Positions 1-9,613 of a stretch of DNA of 64,000 nt are shown piece after piece. The position numbers and the translations under genes were made by a program. The notes under the pieces were generated by a model. That model saw only the letters and a list, made by a program, of their open reading frames with translations. It had not been told where the DNA came from and did not search any database. Origin of the DNA: an uncultured Bacteroidota bacterium (GTDB lineage: Bacteria > Bacteroidota > Bacteroidia > 2-12-FULL-35-15); assembly GCA_903926385.1 (NCBI GenBank), contig CAIYIS010000045.1, positions 173,569-237,568 on the forward strand. Reading direction: 5' to 3'. Every line of letters starts with the position of its first letter. Position 1 is the first letter of the stretch.

Positions 1-329
1 TTACCGACATCAATACCGATGGAAAAATACTGTTCATTGAAGATCTGGATGAGTATCTTTATCATATAGACCGCATGATGCTTAACCTAAAACGCACCGG
101 AAAGTTAACCAACTTAAAAGGATTAGTAGTTGGGGGCATGAGCGATATGAAGGATAATACAATTCCATTTGGCAAATCTGCCGAGGAGATAATACTGGAT
201 GCGGTGAAAGAATTCAGTTATCCGGTTTGCTTTGGCTTTCCTGCAGGTCATATCGACAGAAATCTTGCTTTGTTTTTCGGAAGAAAGGTAAAGCTTGAAA
301 TAAAAGACAAGGCTTTGTTTTCCTATTAA
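1..329 (+). CDS. LD-carboxypeptidase (peptidase S66), C-terminal fragment; the 5' end lies outside the window
   Basis: The frame-3 translation from position 3 reads TDINTDGKILFIEDLDEYLYHIDRMMLNLKRTGKL..GLVVGG. This matches the conserved LdcA C-terminal motif (ILFLED..Y.IDRML.QL). The ORF continues off the left edge. Confidence 0.7.
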   Translation, partial: TDINTDGKILFIEDLDEYLYHIDRMMLNLKRTGKLTNLKGLVVGGMSDMKDNTIPFGKSAEEIILDAVKEFSYPVCFGFPAGHIDRNLALFFGRKVKLEIKDKALFSY

Positions 330-340
330 TGTAAAACAAA

Positions 341-375
341 AAAGGCGACTTCAATTAAGAAGTCGCCTTTTTTGT
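341..375. terminator. Bidirectional rho-independent terminator between convergent genes
   Basis: GC stem ggcgactt / aagtcgcc at 344-366, with an A-run on the left and a T-run (ttttttg) on the right. Confidence 0.7.
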
Positions 376-387
376 TTTTATTCTACT

Positions 388-1389
388 TTATTTATTCTCT
401 TCTCTTATTAAACTAATCGATCCTTTTTGCTCGTAGTGCTTACCATCGTTTCCTTCACCTGTAACAATATAAAAGTAAATGCCCGGTTGAGCTTCTAATC
501 CTTTTCTGTCTTTTCCATCCCATTTCGCTCCAACTTTATTACATTCAAATAGTATATTCGCTTTTCGATCGAATATCTGTCCACTAATAGTTTTCATATT
601 TGCTCCGCTGAAAACGAAGAAATCATCTTTGCCATCACCGTTTGGTGATAATTCTCTTGGTACTACCGCCATTGAAGAATTTCCGGTAACAGTGATTTTG
701 GCACTGTCAGTGGCTGTCTTACCTGATTGATCAGTTGAAATAAGATAAACTGTATACACTCCCGGATTTTCAAAAACATGAACCGGATTGGCAACATTAT
801 CATCTTTTTTTCCGTCACTGTATTTCCATTTGTTTACCACACCCTTTCCTGTGTTTGATAAATTGACAATTAAAGGAACCGTTCCACCAGTTGGACTTGG
901 AAACACCAAGGCAATTGGTTCGCTCGAGTATTGGTTGATAATCGACTTCATTTTATTCTTATCCTTTGTAAAAGGTTCAATCACCACTTTGGTTTCCTGC
1001 ATTTTTTCACTCACCACATTAGGGGTTGACGTTTGCGGGATAGTGTTATCAACTTCAGTCGTTTTTTCCTTTTGGATTACATCAGGTTTAACAACAGGAG
1101 TTGGCTCTTTAGTAACCGGTTTTTCGGAAGTTGCGTTTGATGTTGTCGATTTGTGTAATGATTTTTCGCTCCAGTGCATTACTCCAACAGTGGCAATAAC
1201 TGTTGCCACAGAGGAAACAATAGCAATAACTGCGTTAGTGCCGATTTTGTTTAGTAACGCCTTCCCGATAAACCCAAGTCCTATCCCTCTTAAAGCAGTT
1301 TTGATATTAGACCAAACACTTGGGCTAACTTCTGCTTCAAAGTTTTCGAATGACTCCTTAAATAAATCTTCAATGCTTTTTTTACTCAT
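388..1389 (-). CDS. Putative anti-sigma factor / membrane-anchored protein with a PKD-like domain and a T9SS type-B (gliding-motility-associated) C-terminal domain
   Basis: It lies 10 bp downstream of the ECF sigma gene on the same strand. The N-terminus (LFKESFENFEAEVSPSVWSNIKTAL) is followed by one TM segment (AVIAIVSSVATVIATVGVM). The C-terminus LSPNGDGKDDFFVF...GIYFYIV matches the type-B sorting-domain pattern. Confidence 0.55.
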   Translation of the reverse strand: MSKKSIEDLFKESFENFEAEVSPSVWSNIKTALRGIGLGFIGKALLNKIGTNAVIAIVSSVATVIATVGVMHWSEKSLHKSTTSNATSEKPVTKEPTPVVKPDVIQKEKTTEVDNTIPQTSTPNVVSEKMQETKVVIEPFTKDKNKMKSIINQYSSEPIALVFPSPTGGTVPLIVNLSNTGKGVVNKWKYSDGKKDDNVANPVHVFENPGVYTVYLISTDQSGKTATDSAKITVTGNSSMAVVPRELSPNGDGKDDFFVFSGANMKTISGQIFDRKANILFECNKVGAKWDGKDRKGLEAQPGIYFYIVTGEGNDGKHYEQKGSISLIREENK

Positions 1390-1398
1390 AGACCTTTT

Positions 1399-1920
1399 TT
1401 ATAACGGTATAATTTTTTGTAAATATGTTTTTGCTCTTGAATACTGAGATTTTGATGTCCCCTCAGTAATACCAAGCATTTCTGCTATCTCTTTGTGCGA
1501 ATAACCTTCAATGGCATGTAAGTTAAACACGGTTTTAAATCCAACAGGCAAAGTTTGTATTATCTTTAATAGTTCTTTTGCCGCCATATTTTCCCCTAAA
1601 TGACTTTGGTCCTCAATTCCATATTCAACAGAATTTAAATCAACATTCATTTCAAGTTTTTTATTTTTTCGTATACTTGTTAAAGCCGTATTAACAATTA
1701 TTTTTCTAACCCAACCTTCTAACGAACCTGTGCCCCTATACGTGTCAATTTTGTCAAAAATGTAAAGAAATCCATTTTGTAAAACATCCTCTCCCTCTTC
1801 CTGATTGTCACAATAACGAAGGCAAACACCCATCATTTTTTTGGCAAATCGGTCGTATAACTCTTTCTGAGCTAGCTTGTTTTTCTTAATACATCCTTCT
1901 ACTATTTCGTCATCAGACAT
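1399..1920 (-). CDS. ECF-family RNA polymerase sigma-70 factor
   Basis: 173 aa. Region 2 (GFLYIFDKIDTYRGTGSLEGWVRKIIVN) and region 4 HTH (GYSHKEIAEMLGITEGTSKSQYSRAK) are both present. Confidence 0.85.
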   Translation of the reverse strand: MSDDEIVEGCIKKNKLAQKELYDRFAKKMMGVCLRYCDNQEEGEDVLQNGFLYIFDKIDTYRGTGSLEGWVRKIIVNTALTSIRKNKKLEMNVDLNSVEYGIEDQSHLGENMAAKELLKIIQTLPVGFKTVFNLHAIEGYSHKEIAEMLGITEGTSKSQYSRAKTYLQKIIPL

Positions 1921-2035
1921 GCATCATTCTTTTGTTAAGACGCAAAAGTGCGTCAAAAGGTTGCACCAAGATACAAATTTTATTTATTTATTAACAAAAT
2001 TTTCTTATTCGGCAAAACAATAGCACTTTTGGGGA

Positions 2036-4384
2036 ATGACAAAAAAATACACCCCAAAGAAAAAAGGAGTTAAGAAAAGTTATCTTTTCGAAGAGATACT
2101 AAAAGTACTATCCAAGAACCCAAACAAGGCTTTAAATTATAAACAAATTGCTGCTGAAATGGGCATTAAGGACCATTCACAGCGTTTATTAATAACAAGT
2201 ATTTTATCTGAATTAAAATATGCTGAGTCGGTAACGGAACCTGAACGGGGTAAATTTAAGCTGAAATTAACGGAACAGATTGTTACCGGAAAGGTAGATA
2301 TGACCAGCACCGGTATAGCTTATATTGTTTCTGAGGAGAGAGAAGAGGACATTTTGGTGAATCCAAGGAAAACACTGAATGCGATGCATGGTGACGAAGT
2401 AAAGGTGCGACTATTCAGTAAACAAAGAGGAAAACAGGAAGGTGAGATTATAGAAATATTGCAACGTGCCAAAACAGAGTTCGTGGGGACGATTCAGCTT
2501 TCACAACGATTCGCGTTCTTGGTTCCCAGCAATAACAGAGTGCACGTGGATATATTCATTCCACTCGAAAAACTGAAAGGAGCCAAGGATGGTCAAAAAG
2601 CAATTGCCAAAATAACAGAATGGCCTAAAAATGCTGTTAATCCGATTGGAGAAATAATAAGTGTTTTGGGTGATTCAGGCGAAAACAATACTGAAATGCA
2701 TGCCATACTTGCCGAATATGGTTTGCCGTATGAATTTCCGAAAGATGTTGAACGAACAGCAGACTTGTTACCCATTAAAATTACAGTGGAAGAAATAGCA
2801 AAAAGAAGAGATTTCAGAGACATTACTACATTCACCATCGACCCAATGGATGCTAAAGATTTTGATGATGCATTATCCCTTCGCAAGCTAACAAATGGAA
2901 ACTGGGAGATTGGAGTTCACATTGCCGATGTGAGCCATTATGTAAAACCCGATTCTATAATAGATAAAGAAGCGGTTTCAAGGGCTACTTCGGTCTATCT
3001 GGTGGATAGGGTGGTACCAATGTTACCCGAAGTGCTCTCCAACAATGTTTGTTCGCTCAGACCAAATGAGGAGAAATTGTGTTTTTCTGCTGTGTTTGAA
3101 ATGACGGATGAGGCAGAAGTGATAAACGAATGGTTTGGGCGAACAATTATTAATTCAGACCGAAGGTTTACTTATGAGGAAGCTCAACTGATAATTGAGA
3201 CAGAAGAAGGCAATTTTAAAGAAGAAATACTGACGCTCGACCGTTTGGCTAAGATACTTCGTGCAAATAGATTTAAAAAAGGAAGTATAGCTTTCGAAAA
3301 AATGGAAGTTAAATTTCATTTGGATGAAGTTGGAAATCCTACTGGGGTGTTTTTTAAAGTTTCTAAAGATTCCAACCAATTAATTGAAGATTTTATGCTG
3401 CTGGCTAATCGTAAAGTGGCAGAATTTGTAGGAAAAAAGAAAGAGAAAAAAGATTCGGGAAATAGGAGTGTAGAATCTCAGAAACCTTTTGTGTATCGAA
3501 TTCATGATAAGCCCAATCCTGATAAACTGAATAGTTTTGCCGAATTTGTCGGAAAGTTTGGGTATAAGTTAAATGTAAAGAACGAAAGAGGGGTAGCCGA
3601 TTCAATGAACAATTTGTTAAGGGAAGTGAATCAGAAAAAAGAAGGAGGGATGATAGAACTTCTTGCTATTCGCACCATGGCAAAAGCCGTTTATACTACA
3701 AAAAATATCGGACACTATGGTCTTGGGTTTGATTATTACACGCACTTCACTTCCCCTATCCGCAGGTATCCTGATGTGATGGTGCATCGCTTACTGCAAC
3801 ATTATCTGGATGGAGGTGAAAACCCTGACATTGATAAATTAGAAGAGCAATGTAAACACTCTTCGGATATGGAAAAACTGGCAGCTGATGCTGAACGGTC
3901 ATCTATTAAATACAAACAAGTACAGTTTTTGCTGGATAAAATAGGGCAGGAGTTTGACGGAACAATATCTGGGGTTACCGAATGGGGGATTTTTGTTGAA
4001 ATAACAGAAAATCATTGCGAAGGCATGGTTCGCATTCGGGAACTACGTGACGACAATTATTATTTTGATGAAGATAATTACTGTTTGAGGGGAAGAAAAT
4101 ATGGTAAAGTATTGACGCTTGGTGATTCGGTGAGAATAGAAATAAAACGTGCTGATTTAGTCAAAAAACAACTCGATTTTGTGTTGGTTGAAATAATTGA
4201 AAAACTCAGAGAGAATAGCTCTAAAGAAGAGAAAATTGAAATAAAGCCAAATGTAAAAGATTATAAAAACCAGATGAAGTCGGCAACTGCAAAGAAAAAT
4301 ATGAAAGGGAATGAAACAATAAATAACAAGGAAAAGCCTTCTTCCGACAAATTGTTTAATGAAGAATGGGGTTTTGAAGTTTAG
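2036..4384 (+). CDS. rnr: Ribonuclease R
   Basis: 782 aa. Has an RNB catalytic-domain motif (DDALS..HIADVSHYV), a C-terminal S1 domain and a basic lysine-rich tail. Confidence 0.9.
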   Translation: MTKKYTPKKKGVKKSYLFEEILKVLSKNPNKALNYKQIAAEMGIKDHSQRLLITSILSELKYAESVTEPERGKFKLKLTEQIVTGKVDMTSTGIAYIVSEEREEDILVNPRKTLNAMHGDEVKVRLFSKQRGKQEGEIIEILQRAKTEFVGTIQLSQRFAFLVPSNNRVHVDIFIPLEKLKGAKDGQKAIAKITEWPKNAVNPIGEIISVLGDSGENNTEMHAILAEYGLPYEFPKDVERTADLLPIKITVEEIAKRRDFRDITTFTIDPMDAKDFDDALSLRKLTNGNWEIGVHIADVSHYVKPDSIIDKEAVSRATSVYLVDRVVPMLPEVLSNNVCSLRPNEEKLCFSAVFEMTDEAEVINEWFGRTIINSDRRFTYEEAQLIIETEEGNFKEEILTLDRLAKILRANRFKKGSIAFEKMEVKFHLDEVGNPTGVFFKVSKDSNQLIEDFMLLANRKVAEFVGKKKEKKDSGNRSVESQKPFVYRIHDKPNPDKLNSFAEFVGKFGYKLNVKNERGVADSMNNLLREVNQKKEGGMIELLAIRTMAKAVYTTKNIGHYGLGFDYYTHFTSPIRRYPDVMVHRLLQHYLDGGENPDIDKLEEQCKHSSDMEKLAADAERSSIKYKQVQFLLDKIGQEFDGTISGVTEWGIFVEITENHCEGMVRIRELRDDNYYFDEDNYCLRGRKYGKVLTLGDSVRIEIKRADLVKKQLDFVLVEIIEKLRENSSKEEKIEIKPNVKDYKNQMKSATAKKNMKGNETINNKEKPSSDKLFNEEWGFEV

Positions 4385-4607
4385 TTTATTATGATTGAAT
4401 CAAAGGGCTTTCATTCATTAACAAAACCAATTGAATTTATGAAAACAAACAAAAACTGATCGGCATTACCTAATGCCTTCTCTTATTCTATTAGGGCAGA
4501 ATTTTATCCCAAAAAATCTGAATGGTGAGTAAAGTTGAAAATTTAATTTGTAGTTTGATAATTTACTATAAATTTGCGTCTCAAAAATATTTAAAAATTA
4601 TATTATT

Positions 4608-4988
4608 ATGAATTTTCCGGAAAATTTAAAGTACACAAAAGATCACGAATGGGTTCGTGTGGAAGGCAATAGTGCATTTATTGGTATAACTGATTTTGCT
4701 CAAAGCGAATTGGGAGATATCGTTTATGTGGATATTGCAACATTAGGTGATGATTTGGCTCATGAGCAGATATTCGGCACAGTGGAGGCAGTGAAAACAG
4801 TTTCGGACTTGTTTATGCCTGTTTCGGGAAAGGTGATGGAAGTGAACAAAGGTTTGGACACTAATCCTGATTCGGTAAACAAAGATCCATACGGAACAGG
4901 ATGGATGATAAAAGTGGAAATGAGTAATGCTGCAGAAGTGAACAGCTTGCTTAGTGCTGCTGACTACAAAACGTTGATTGGACATTAG
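4608..4988 (+). CDS. gcvH: Glycine cleavage system H protein
   Basis: 126 aa. Begins YTKDHEWVR; the lipoyl-lysine context is [17 protein letters not shown]. Confidence 0.9.
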   Translation: MNFPENLKYTKDHEWVRVEGNSAFIGITDFAQSELGDIVYVDIATLGDDLAHEQIFGTVEAVKTVSDLFMPVSGKVMEVNKGLDTNPDSVNKDPYGTGWMIKVEMSNAAEVNSLLSAADYKTLIGH

Positions 4989-5006
4989 TCTGAAAAATAA
5001 TTTCTA

Positions 5007-5040
5007 CTCCTCGCCACAGACCATTGGTCTGTGTGAGGAG
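5007..5040. other. Strong 16-bp stem hairpin after gcvH with no T-tract
   Basis: ctcctcgccacagacca ttg tggtctgtgtgaggag. Near-perfect inverted repeat, followed by aaagg rather than a U-run. Confidence 0.5.
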
Positions 5041-5136
5041 AAAGGAATGCAACACTTACCACCAAAGTGTTTGCAAAAATGTTGTTCGGTTATTGTCATT
5101 GGTTCTTAAAAGAAAAATTCCCAAGTTTTTTAATCA

Positions 5137-5595
5137 ATGAAAATAAACTGGCAACTAAAAAAATTCGAAGAGCTTAGTTCGATTGAACTCTACAAACTGT
5201 TGCACTTGCGTGCTGCGGTGTTTGTGGTGGAACAGAATTGCCCTTATCAGGATGCGGATGGAAAGGATTTAAAATCGTTTCATGTGCTGGGAACTGATGA
5301 GAATGGCGAACTGCAGGCGTATTCGCGAATAGTTCCTCCCGGAATTTCGTTTGATGAGGTGTCGATAGGCAGGGTGGTTACGGCAGCAGTGGCAAGAGGA
5401 AAGGGGGCAGGAAAAGAACTGATGAGGGAGTCGCTAAAAAGAGTAAATGAGCTGTATGGGACTGTTGATGTAAGAATAGGAGCTCAGTGTTATTTACTGA
5501 AATTTTATACTGAATTGGGTTTTGTGGCAGAAGGAGAGGAGTTTCTAGAAGATAATATTCCTCATATTGAAATGGTTTATTCAGGAAAGAAATAA
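5137..5595 (+). CDS. GNAT family N-acetyltransferase (ElaA-like)
   Basis: 152 aa with an acetyl-CoA-binding-like segment RGKGAGKELM. Architecture is typical of ElaA. Confidence 0.7.
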   Translation: MKINWQLKKFEELSSIELYKLLHLRAAVFVVEQNCPYQDADGKDLKSFHVLGTDENGELQAYSRIVPPGISFDEVSIGRVVTAAVARGKGAGKELMRESLKRVNELYGTVDVRIGAQCYLLKFYTELGFVAEGEEFLEDNIPHIEMVYSGKK

Positions 5596-5613
5596 AAATC
5601 AGTAATCAGTACT

Positions 5614-6909
5614 TTACATTATCATTCCGGCACCGACAGTGGTGTTTGAAGTTTCGTCAATTAATATTACACTTCCGGTAGTTCTGTTTTTTGCATAGCT
5701 GTCGAAAATGACGGGGTTGGTGGTACGAATGGAAATACAGGCAATATCATTGAGTTCGATTACCTTTTCGTCATTCATTTTCTCCAGGGTATTAATATTT
5801 ACTTTGAATTTTACCTCTTTAATGATACACCTTACATCGTTAGTGGTGTGTCGCAATAAGTACTTTCGGTTAGACTGAAGTTTCTTTTCGCTCATCCAGC
5901 AAATCATTATATCTAAATCGAGTTTTACCTGAGGAGGTTGCTCAGCTTTTACAATCATGTTTCCACGCGAAATGTCAATATCGTCATCGAGCGTGAAGGT
6001 AACACTCATGGGGGCGAAAGCCTCTTGAAGAGAAGCGGAGCCAAAATCAATGGATTTTATTTTGGTAGCATTTCCGTTTGGCAAAACAGTAACGTTATCT
6101 CCTTTTTTGAAGATACCTGCGGCTATTCGTCCGGCATAACTTCGGTAATCGTGAAACTCTGTGTTAATAGGTCGGATGACATACTGAACCGGGAAGCGGG
6201 CAATATCATTTTTTTCGGCTTCGGCAGGGTTTACAGTTTCGAGCAATTCGAGTAAGGTTTTACCTTTATACCATTTCATTTTTTTGGAAGGAGTAACCAC
6301 GTTGTCGCCTTGCAAAGCGCTGATGGGAATAAAATGAAAGTTGGAAATATTTAATTTTTGTGCTACTACTTCAAACTCTTTTCTGACTTTTTGAAAATCG
6401 TCTTCTTTATATTCTGCGAGATCCATTTTGTTTACACATATAATAATGTGTTCGATTCGTAATAAAGAAGCGATATATGTATGCCGTTTGGTTTGTTCAA
6501 TCACACCTTTTCTGACATCTATTAAAATTATGGCAGCATCGGCAGTAGAAGCACCGGTAACCATGTTGCGGGTGTATTGAATATGTCCGGGAGTATCGGC
6601 AATAATAAATTTTCGATTGGGAGTAGCAAAATAACGATAGGCAACATCAATGGTAATGCCTTGTTCGCGTTCGGCCCGAAGCCCGTCAGTAAATAACGCC
6701 AGATTAAGATATGCGTCCCCTCTTTTTTTGCTGGTAGCTTTCACAGCTTCGTACTGGTCTTCGAAAATAGATTTGGAATCGAACAGCAAACGACCGATGA
6801 GAGTGCTCTTGCCATCATCTACACTTCCGGCTGTGGTAAAGCGAAGCAAATCCATATCGAGATAGGAGTGCTGTTCTGCAGCCGGTGATTGTTGAGTAGT
6901 TTTTGCCAT
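5614..6909 (-). CDS. cysN: Sulfate adenylyltransferase subunit 1 (GTPase)
   Basis: G-domain motifs GSVDDGKST, DTPGH and NKMD are present, with EF-Tu-like domains II and III. Confidence 0.9.
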   Translation of the reverse strand: MAKTTQQSPAAEQHSYLDMDLLRFTTAGSVDDGKSTLIGRLLFDSKSIFEDQYEAVKATSKKRGDAYLNLALFTDGLRAEREQGITIDVAYRYFATPNRKFIIADTPGHIQYTRNMVTGASTADAAIILIDVRKGVIEQTKRHTYIASLLRIEHIIICVNKMDLAEYKEDDFQKVRKEFEVVAQKLNISNFHFIPISALQGDNVVTPSKKMKWYKGKTLLELLETVNPAEAEKNDIARFPVQYVIRPINTEFHDYRSYAGRIAAGIFKKGDNVTVLPNGNATKIKSIDFGSASLQEAFAPMSVTFTLDDDIDISRGNMIVKAEQPPQVKLDLDIMICWMSEKKLQSNRKYLLRHTTNDVRCIIKEVKFKVNINTLEKMNDEKVIELNDIACISIRTTNPVIFDSYAKNRTTGSVILIDETSNTTVGAGMIM

Positions 6910-6925
6910 TTTAATTAATCATTCA

Positions 6926-7831
6926 TCAGAAGTATCCTTGTTTTTTTCTGTCTTCCATTGCGGCTTCGCTTCGTTTGTCGTCTATTCTGCTTCCTCTTTC
7001 GGTAACTCGGGAAGCCGCCACTTCGCGAACGATTTCTTCGAGAGAAGAAGCTTCGGAAAGTACAGCCCCTGTGCAACTGATATCGCCTATGGTGCGGAAG
7101 CGAACTCTCATTTTCTGTACCTTTTCGCTTGGCTTGAGTGGTATCACATTTTCATGCGCGTAAATTACTTCGTCACGAATAAAACACTCGCGTTCGTGAG
7201 TAAAATAAAGAGAAGGAATTTCGATTTGTTCTTTCAGAATGTATTGCCACACGTCCATCTCTGTCCAATTACTGATAGGGAATACTCTGAAATGTTCGCC
7301 TATATTTTTTCGTCCGTTGAATAAATTCCAAAGTTCGGGGCGTTGGTTTTTAGGGTCCCACTGACCAAATTCATCGCGGTGAGAAAAGAAACGTTCTTTA
7401 GCTCTCGATTTTTCTTCGTCTCTGCGAGCCCCGCCAATACAGGCATCTAACTTATAGTTTTCAATGGTGTCGAGCAAGGTTACTGTTTGTAAAACATTAC
7501 GACTTGCATTGTATCCTTTTTCCTCGGTTACTCTGCCGGTATCAATGCTGTCCTGAACAGAAGCAACAATAAGATGAGCACCGTATTTACTAACCAAATC
7601 ATCGCGATAGGTTATGGTTTCGTTAAAATTATGACCTGTATCAATATGTAATAAAGGGAATGGAATTTTAGCAGGAGCAAATGCTTTGCGAGCTAAATGA
7701 AAACAAACAATGCTGTCTTTTCCTCCAGAAAAAAGTAAAGCCGGTTTTTCGAATTGCGCAGCTACTTCTCGCAATACGAAAATACTTTCGCTTTCTAATT
7801 CGTTTAAATGAGTAAGATGGTGTGAATTCAT
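6926..7831 (-). CDS. cysD: Sulfate adenylyltransferase subunit 2
   Basis: PAPS-reductase-like fold with SGGKDS. The true start is probably the ATG at 7831 (MNSHHLTHLNELESESI aligns with the E. coli CysD N-terminus). The longer ORF to 7867 begins with TTG. Confidence 0.85.
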   Translation of the reverse strand: MNSHHLTHLNELESESIFVLREVAAQFEKPALLFSGGKDSIVCFHLARKAFAPAKIPFPLLHIDTGHNFNETITYRDDLVSKYGAHLIVASVQDSIDTGRVTEEKGYNASRNVLQTVTLLDTIENYKLDACIGGARRDEEKSRAKERFFSHRDEFGQWDPKNQRPELWNLFNGRKNIGEHFRVFPISNWTEMDVWQYILKEQIEIPSLYFTHERECFIRDEVIYAHENVIPLKPSEKVQKMRVRFRTIGDISCTGAVLSEASSLEEIVREVAASRVTERGSRIDDKRSEAAMEDRKKQGYF

Positions 7832-7873
7832 TTTTATAGTTTCCTGCCTGCCGCAAAGAAGGTGCAAAGATAT

Positions 7874-8431
7874 TTAATTATGTTTGCTGATGTAGTCAAT
7901 TATTTTTTTTACTCCTTCCTCTAGTGTAACCTCGTTGGTTTTTATTTCCAAATGAGGGTTAAGAGGAATCTCGTATGGTGAGCCTATTCCTGTAAAATCT
8001 TTTATCTCGCCTCGTCTGGCTTTGGCATACAATCCTTTTACATCACGTTTTTCGCAAGTTTCTAACGAAGCATTAATGTAAACCTCGATAAAATCTTTTT
8101 CTCCGATAATTTTTTTTGCGATGTTTCTTATTTCATTTGTTGGGCTAACAAAACAACATATAGTGATGATTCCGCAATTGACAAATAGTTTTGCTGTCTC
8201 TGCAATTCGTCTGATATTTTCCTTGCGGTCATCATCGCTAAACCCAAGATTGTTGTTCAACCCTTCGCGGATAATATCACCATCTAATAATTGTGTAAGA
8301 ACTCCGTCATTATGCAAATGGTTTTCTAGAGCAACTCCTATAGTGGTTTTACCAGCACCGCTCAATCCGGTCATCCATATTACTAACCCTTTCTGACCAA
8401 GTAATTTTTCTTTTTCAATTCGATTCAACAT
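7874..8431 (-). CDS. cysC: Adenylyl-sulfate kinase
   Basis: P-loop GLSGAGKTT. 185 aa. First gene of the cysC-cysD-cysN operon on the minus strand. Confidence 0.9.
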   Translation of the reverse strand: MLNRIEKEKLLGQKGLVIWMTGLSGAGKTTIGVALENHLHNDGVLTQLLDGDIIREGLNNNLGFSDDDRKENIRRIAETAKLFVNCGIITICCFVSPTNEIRNIAKKIIGEKDFIEVYINASLETCEKRDVKGLYAKARRGEIKDFTGIGSPYEIPLNPHLEIKTNEVTLEEGVKKIIDYISKHN

Positions 8432-8547
8432 TTCCTGATTTGCAAAAAAAGACTTTTATTATTGTTTCAAATATAAAACAAAATATAGTACAACAAGTCC
8501 AAAAAGATATTTTTGAATATCTTTGCTCAAATCCTTAAACAGAAATA

Positions 8548-9459
8548 ATGAGTAAAACAATTTCTTTGCCCGATTTCAGAAACACCCCATCCATCGATCA
8601 GGTGGGAGTGGAAGAGCGGGCAGCACGATTTACCACCCGAAGTATAAAAAAAGCATCAAAGATGCAGGCCCTTAAAATGGCACTGAATATGATTGATTTG
8701 ACTACACTGGAAGGAAAAGATACAGAGGGGAAAGTAAAACAAATGTGTTACAAGGCTAATCACCTGCACGATGTCATTCCAGGATTGCCGACAGTGGCAG
8801 CAGTGTGTGTGTATCCATCAATGGTGAAAATAGCTAAAGATGCGTTGAAGGGCTCATCTGTAAAAGTAGCCTCCGTTTCCACAGCGTTCCCAAGTGGACA
8901 ATCATCTTACGAAGTTAAAATAGCCGATACCAAATTTGCTGTTGACAGCGGAGCAGATGAAATAGATATGGTGATTTCGAGAGGAGAATTTCTGAGTGGA
9001 AATTACTCGTTTGTGTTTGATGAAATAGCTTCTATTAAAGAAGCCTGCGGAAAAGCCCGATTAAAAGTTATTTTTGAAACAGGGGAACTTTCAACATTGG
9101 ATAATGTGAGGCGAGCAAGCGAAATAGCAATGTATGCAGGAGCGGATTTTATAAAAACTTCTACAGGGAAAATATCACCTGCAGCAACTATGCCGGTATC
9201 ACTGGTAATGCTAGAGGCCATCAGAGATTATTATTATAAAACAGGACGTATGGTAGGAATGAAACCTGCAGGTGGAATTTCTACATCCAAGTCGGCAATT
9301 CATTATTTAGTAATGGTGCGCGAAACTTTGGGAGGGGCCTGGTTGAGCAATGAATGGTTTAGATTTGGAGCAAGCAGTTTGGCGAACGATGTGCTGATGC
9401 AGATTGCCAAAGAAACCACCGGAGTGTATCAGAGTATTGATTATTTTTCGAAAGATTGA
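8548..9459 (+). CDS. deoC: Deoxyribose-phosphate aldolase (long Bacteroidota form)
   Basis: Schiff-base lysine context FIKTSTGK; DeoC-like motifs IDLTTLEG and GADEIDMVI. Confidence 0.75.
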   Translation: MSKTISLPDFRNTPSIDQVGVEERAARFTTRSIKKASKMQALKMALNMIDLTTLEGKDTEGKVKQMCYKANHLHDVIPGLPTVAAVCVYPSMVKIAKDALKGSSVKVASVSTAFPSGQSSYEVKIADTKFAVDSGADEIDMVISRGEFLSGNYSFVFDEIASIKEACGKARLKVIFETGELSTLDNVRRASEIAMYAGADFIKTSTGKISPAATMPVSLVMLEAIRDYYYKTGRMVGMKPAGGISTSKSAIHYLVMVRETLGGAWLSNEWFRFGASSLANDVLMQIAKETTGVYQSIDYFSKD

Positions 9460-9489
9460 TATAGTGAATAGGAACAAACGTCACGTAGC

Positions 9490-9522
9490 ACCCCTGTCAG
9501 GGTTTTAAACCCTGACAGGGGT
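9490..9522. repeat. REP-like palindromic element, copy 1
   Basis: Perfect palindrome cccctgtcaggg-ttttaaa-ccctgacagggg. Confidence 0.8.
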
Positions 9523-9572
9523 AATGAGTAAAAAAATGAAAAAATAATAGTAAAATCAACTTAATAAATAAT

Positions 9573-9604
9573 ACCCCTGTCAGGGTTCTAAACCCTGACA
9601 GGGT
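9573..9604. repeat. REP-like palindromic element, copy 2
   Basis: cccctgtcaggg-ttctaaa-ccctgacaggg, 9 bp upstream of the RAYT ATG. Confidence 0.8.
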
Positions 9605-9613
9605 AAAAATGAA

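Noticed and set aside
788-1447. 219-aa plus-strand ORF overlapping the anti-sigma-like gene and the sigma gene
   Set aside because: It is antisense to two well-supported genes and is hydrophobic and low-complexity, so it is not credible.
4385-4607. Glycine riboswitch upstream of gcvH
   Set aside because: No paired aptamer consensus could be recognised by eye. Glycine riboswitches normally precede gcvT/gcvP rather than a lone gcvH.
6926-7867. Longer 313-aa version of cysD
   Set aside because: The track ORF begins at a TTG. The ATG at 7831 aligns with the conserved CysD N-terminus (M..HLTHL..LE.ESI).
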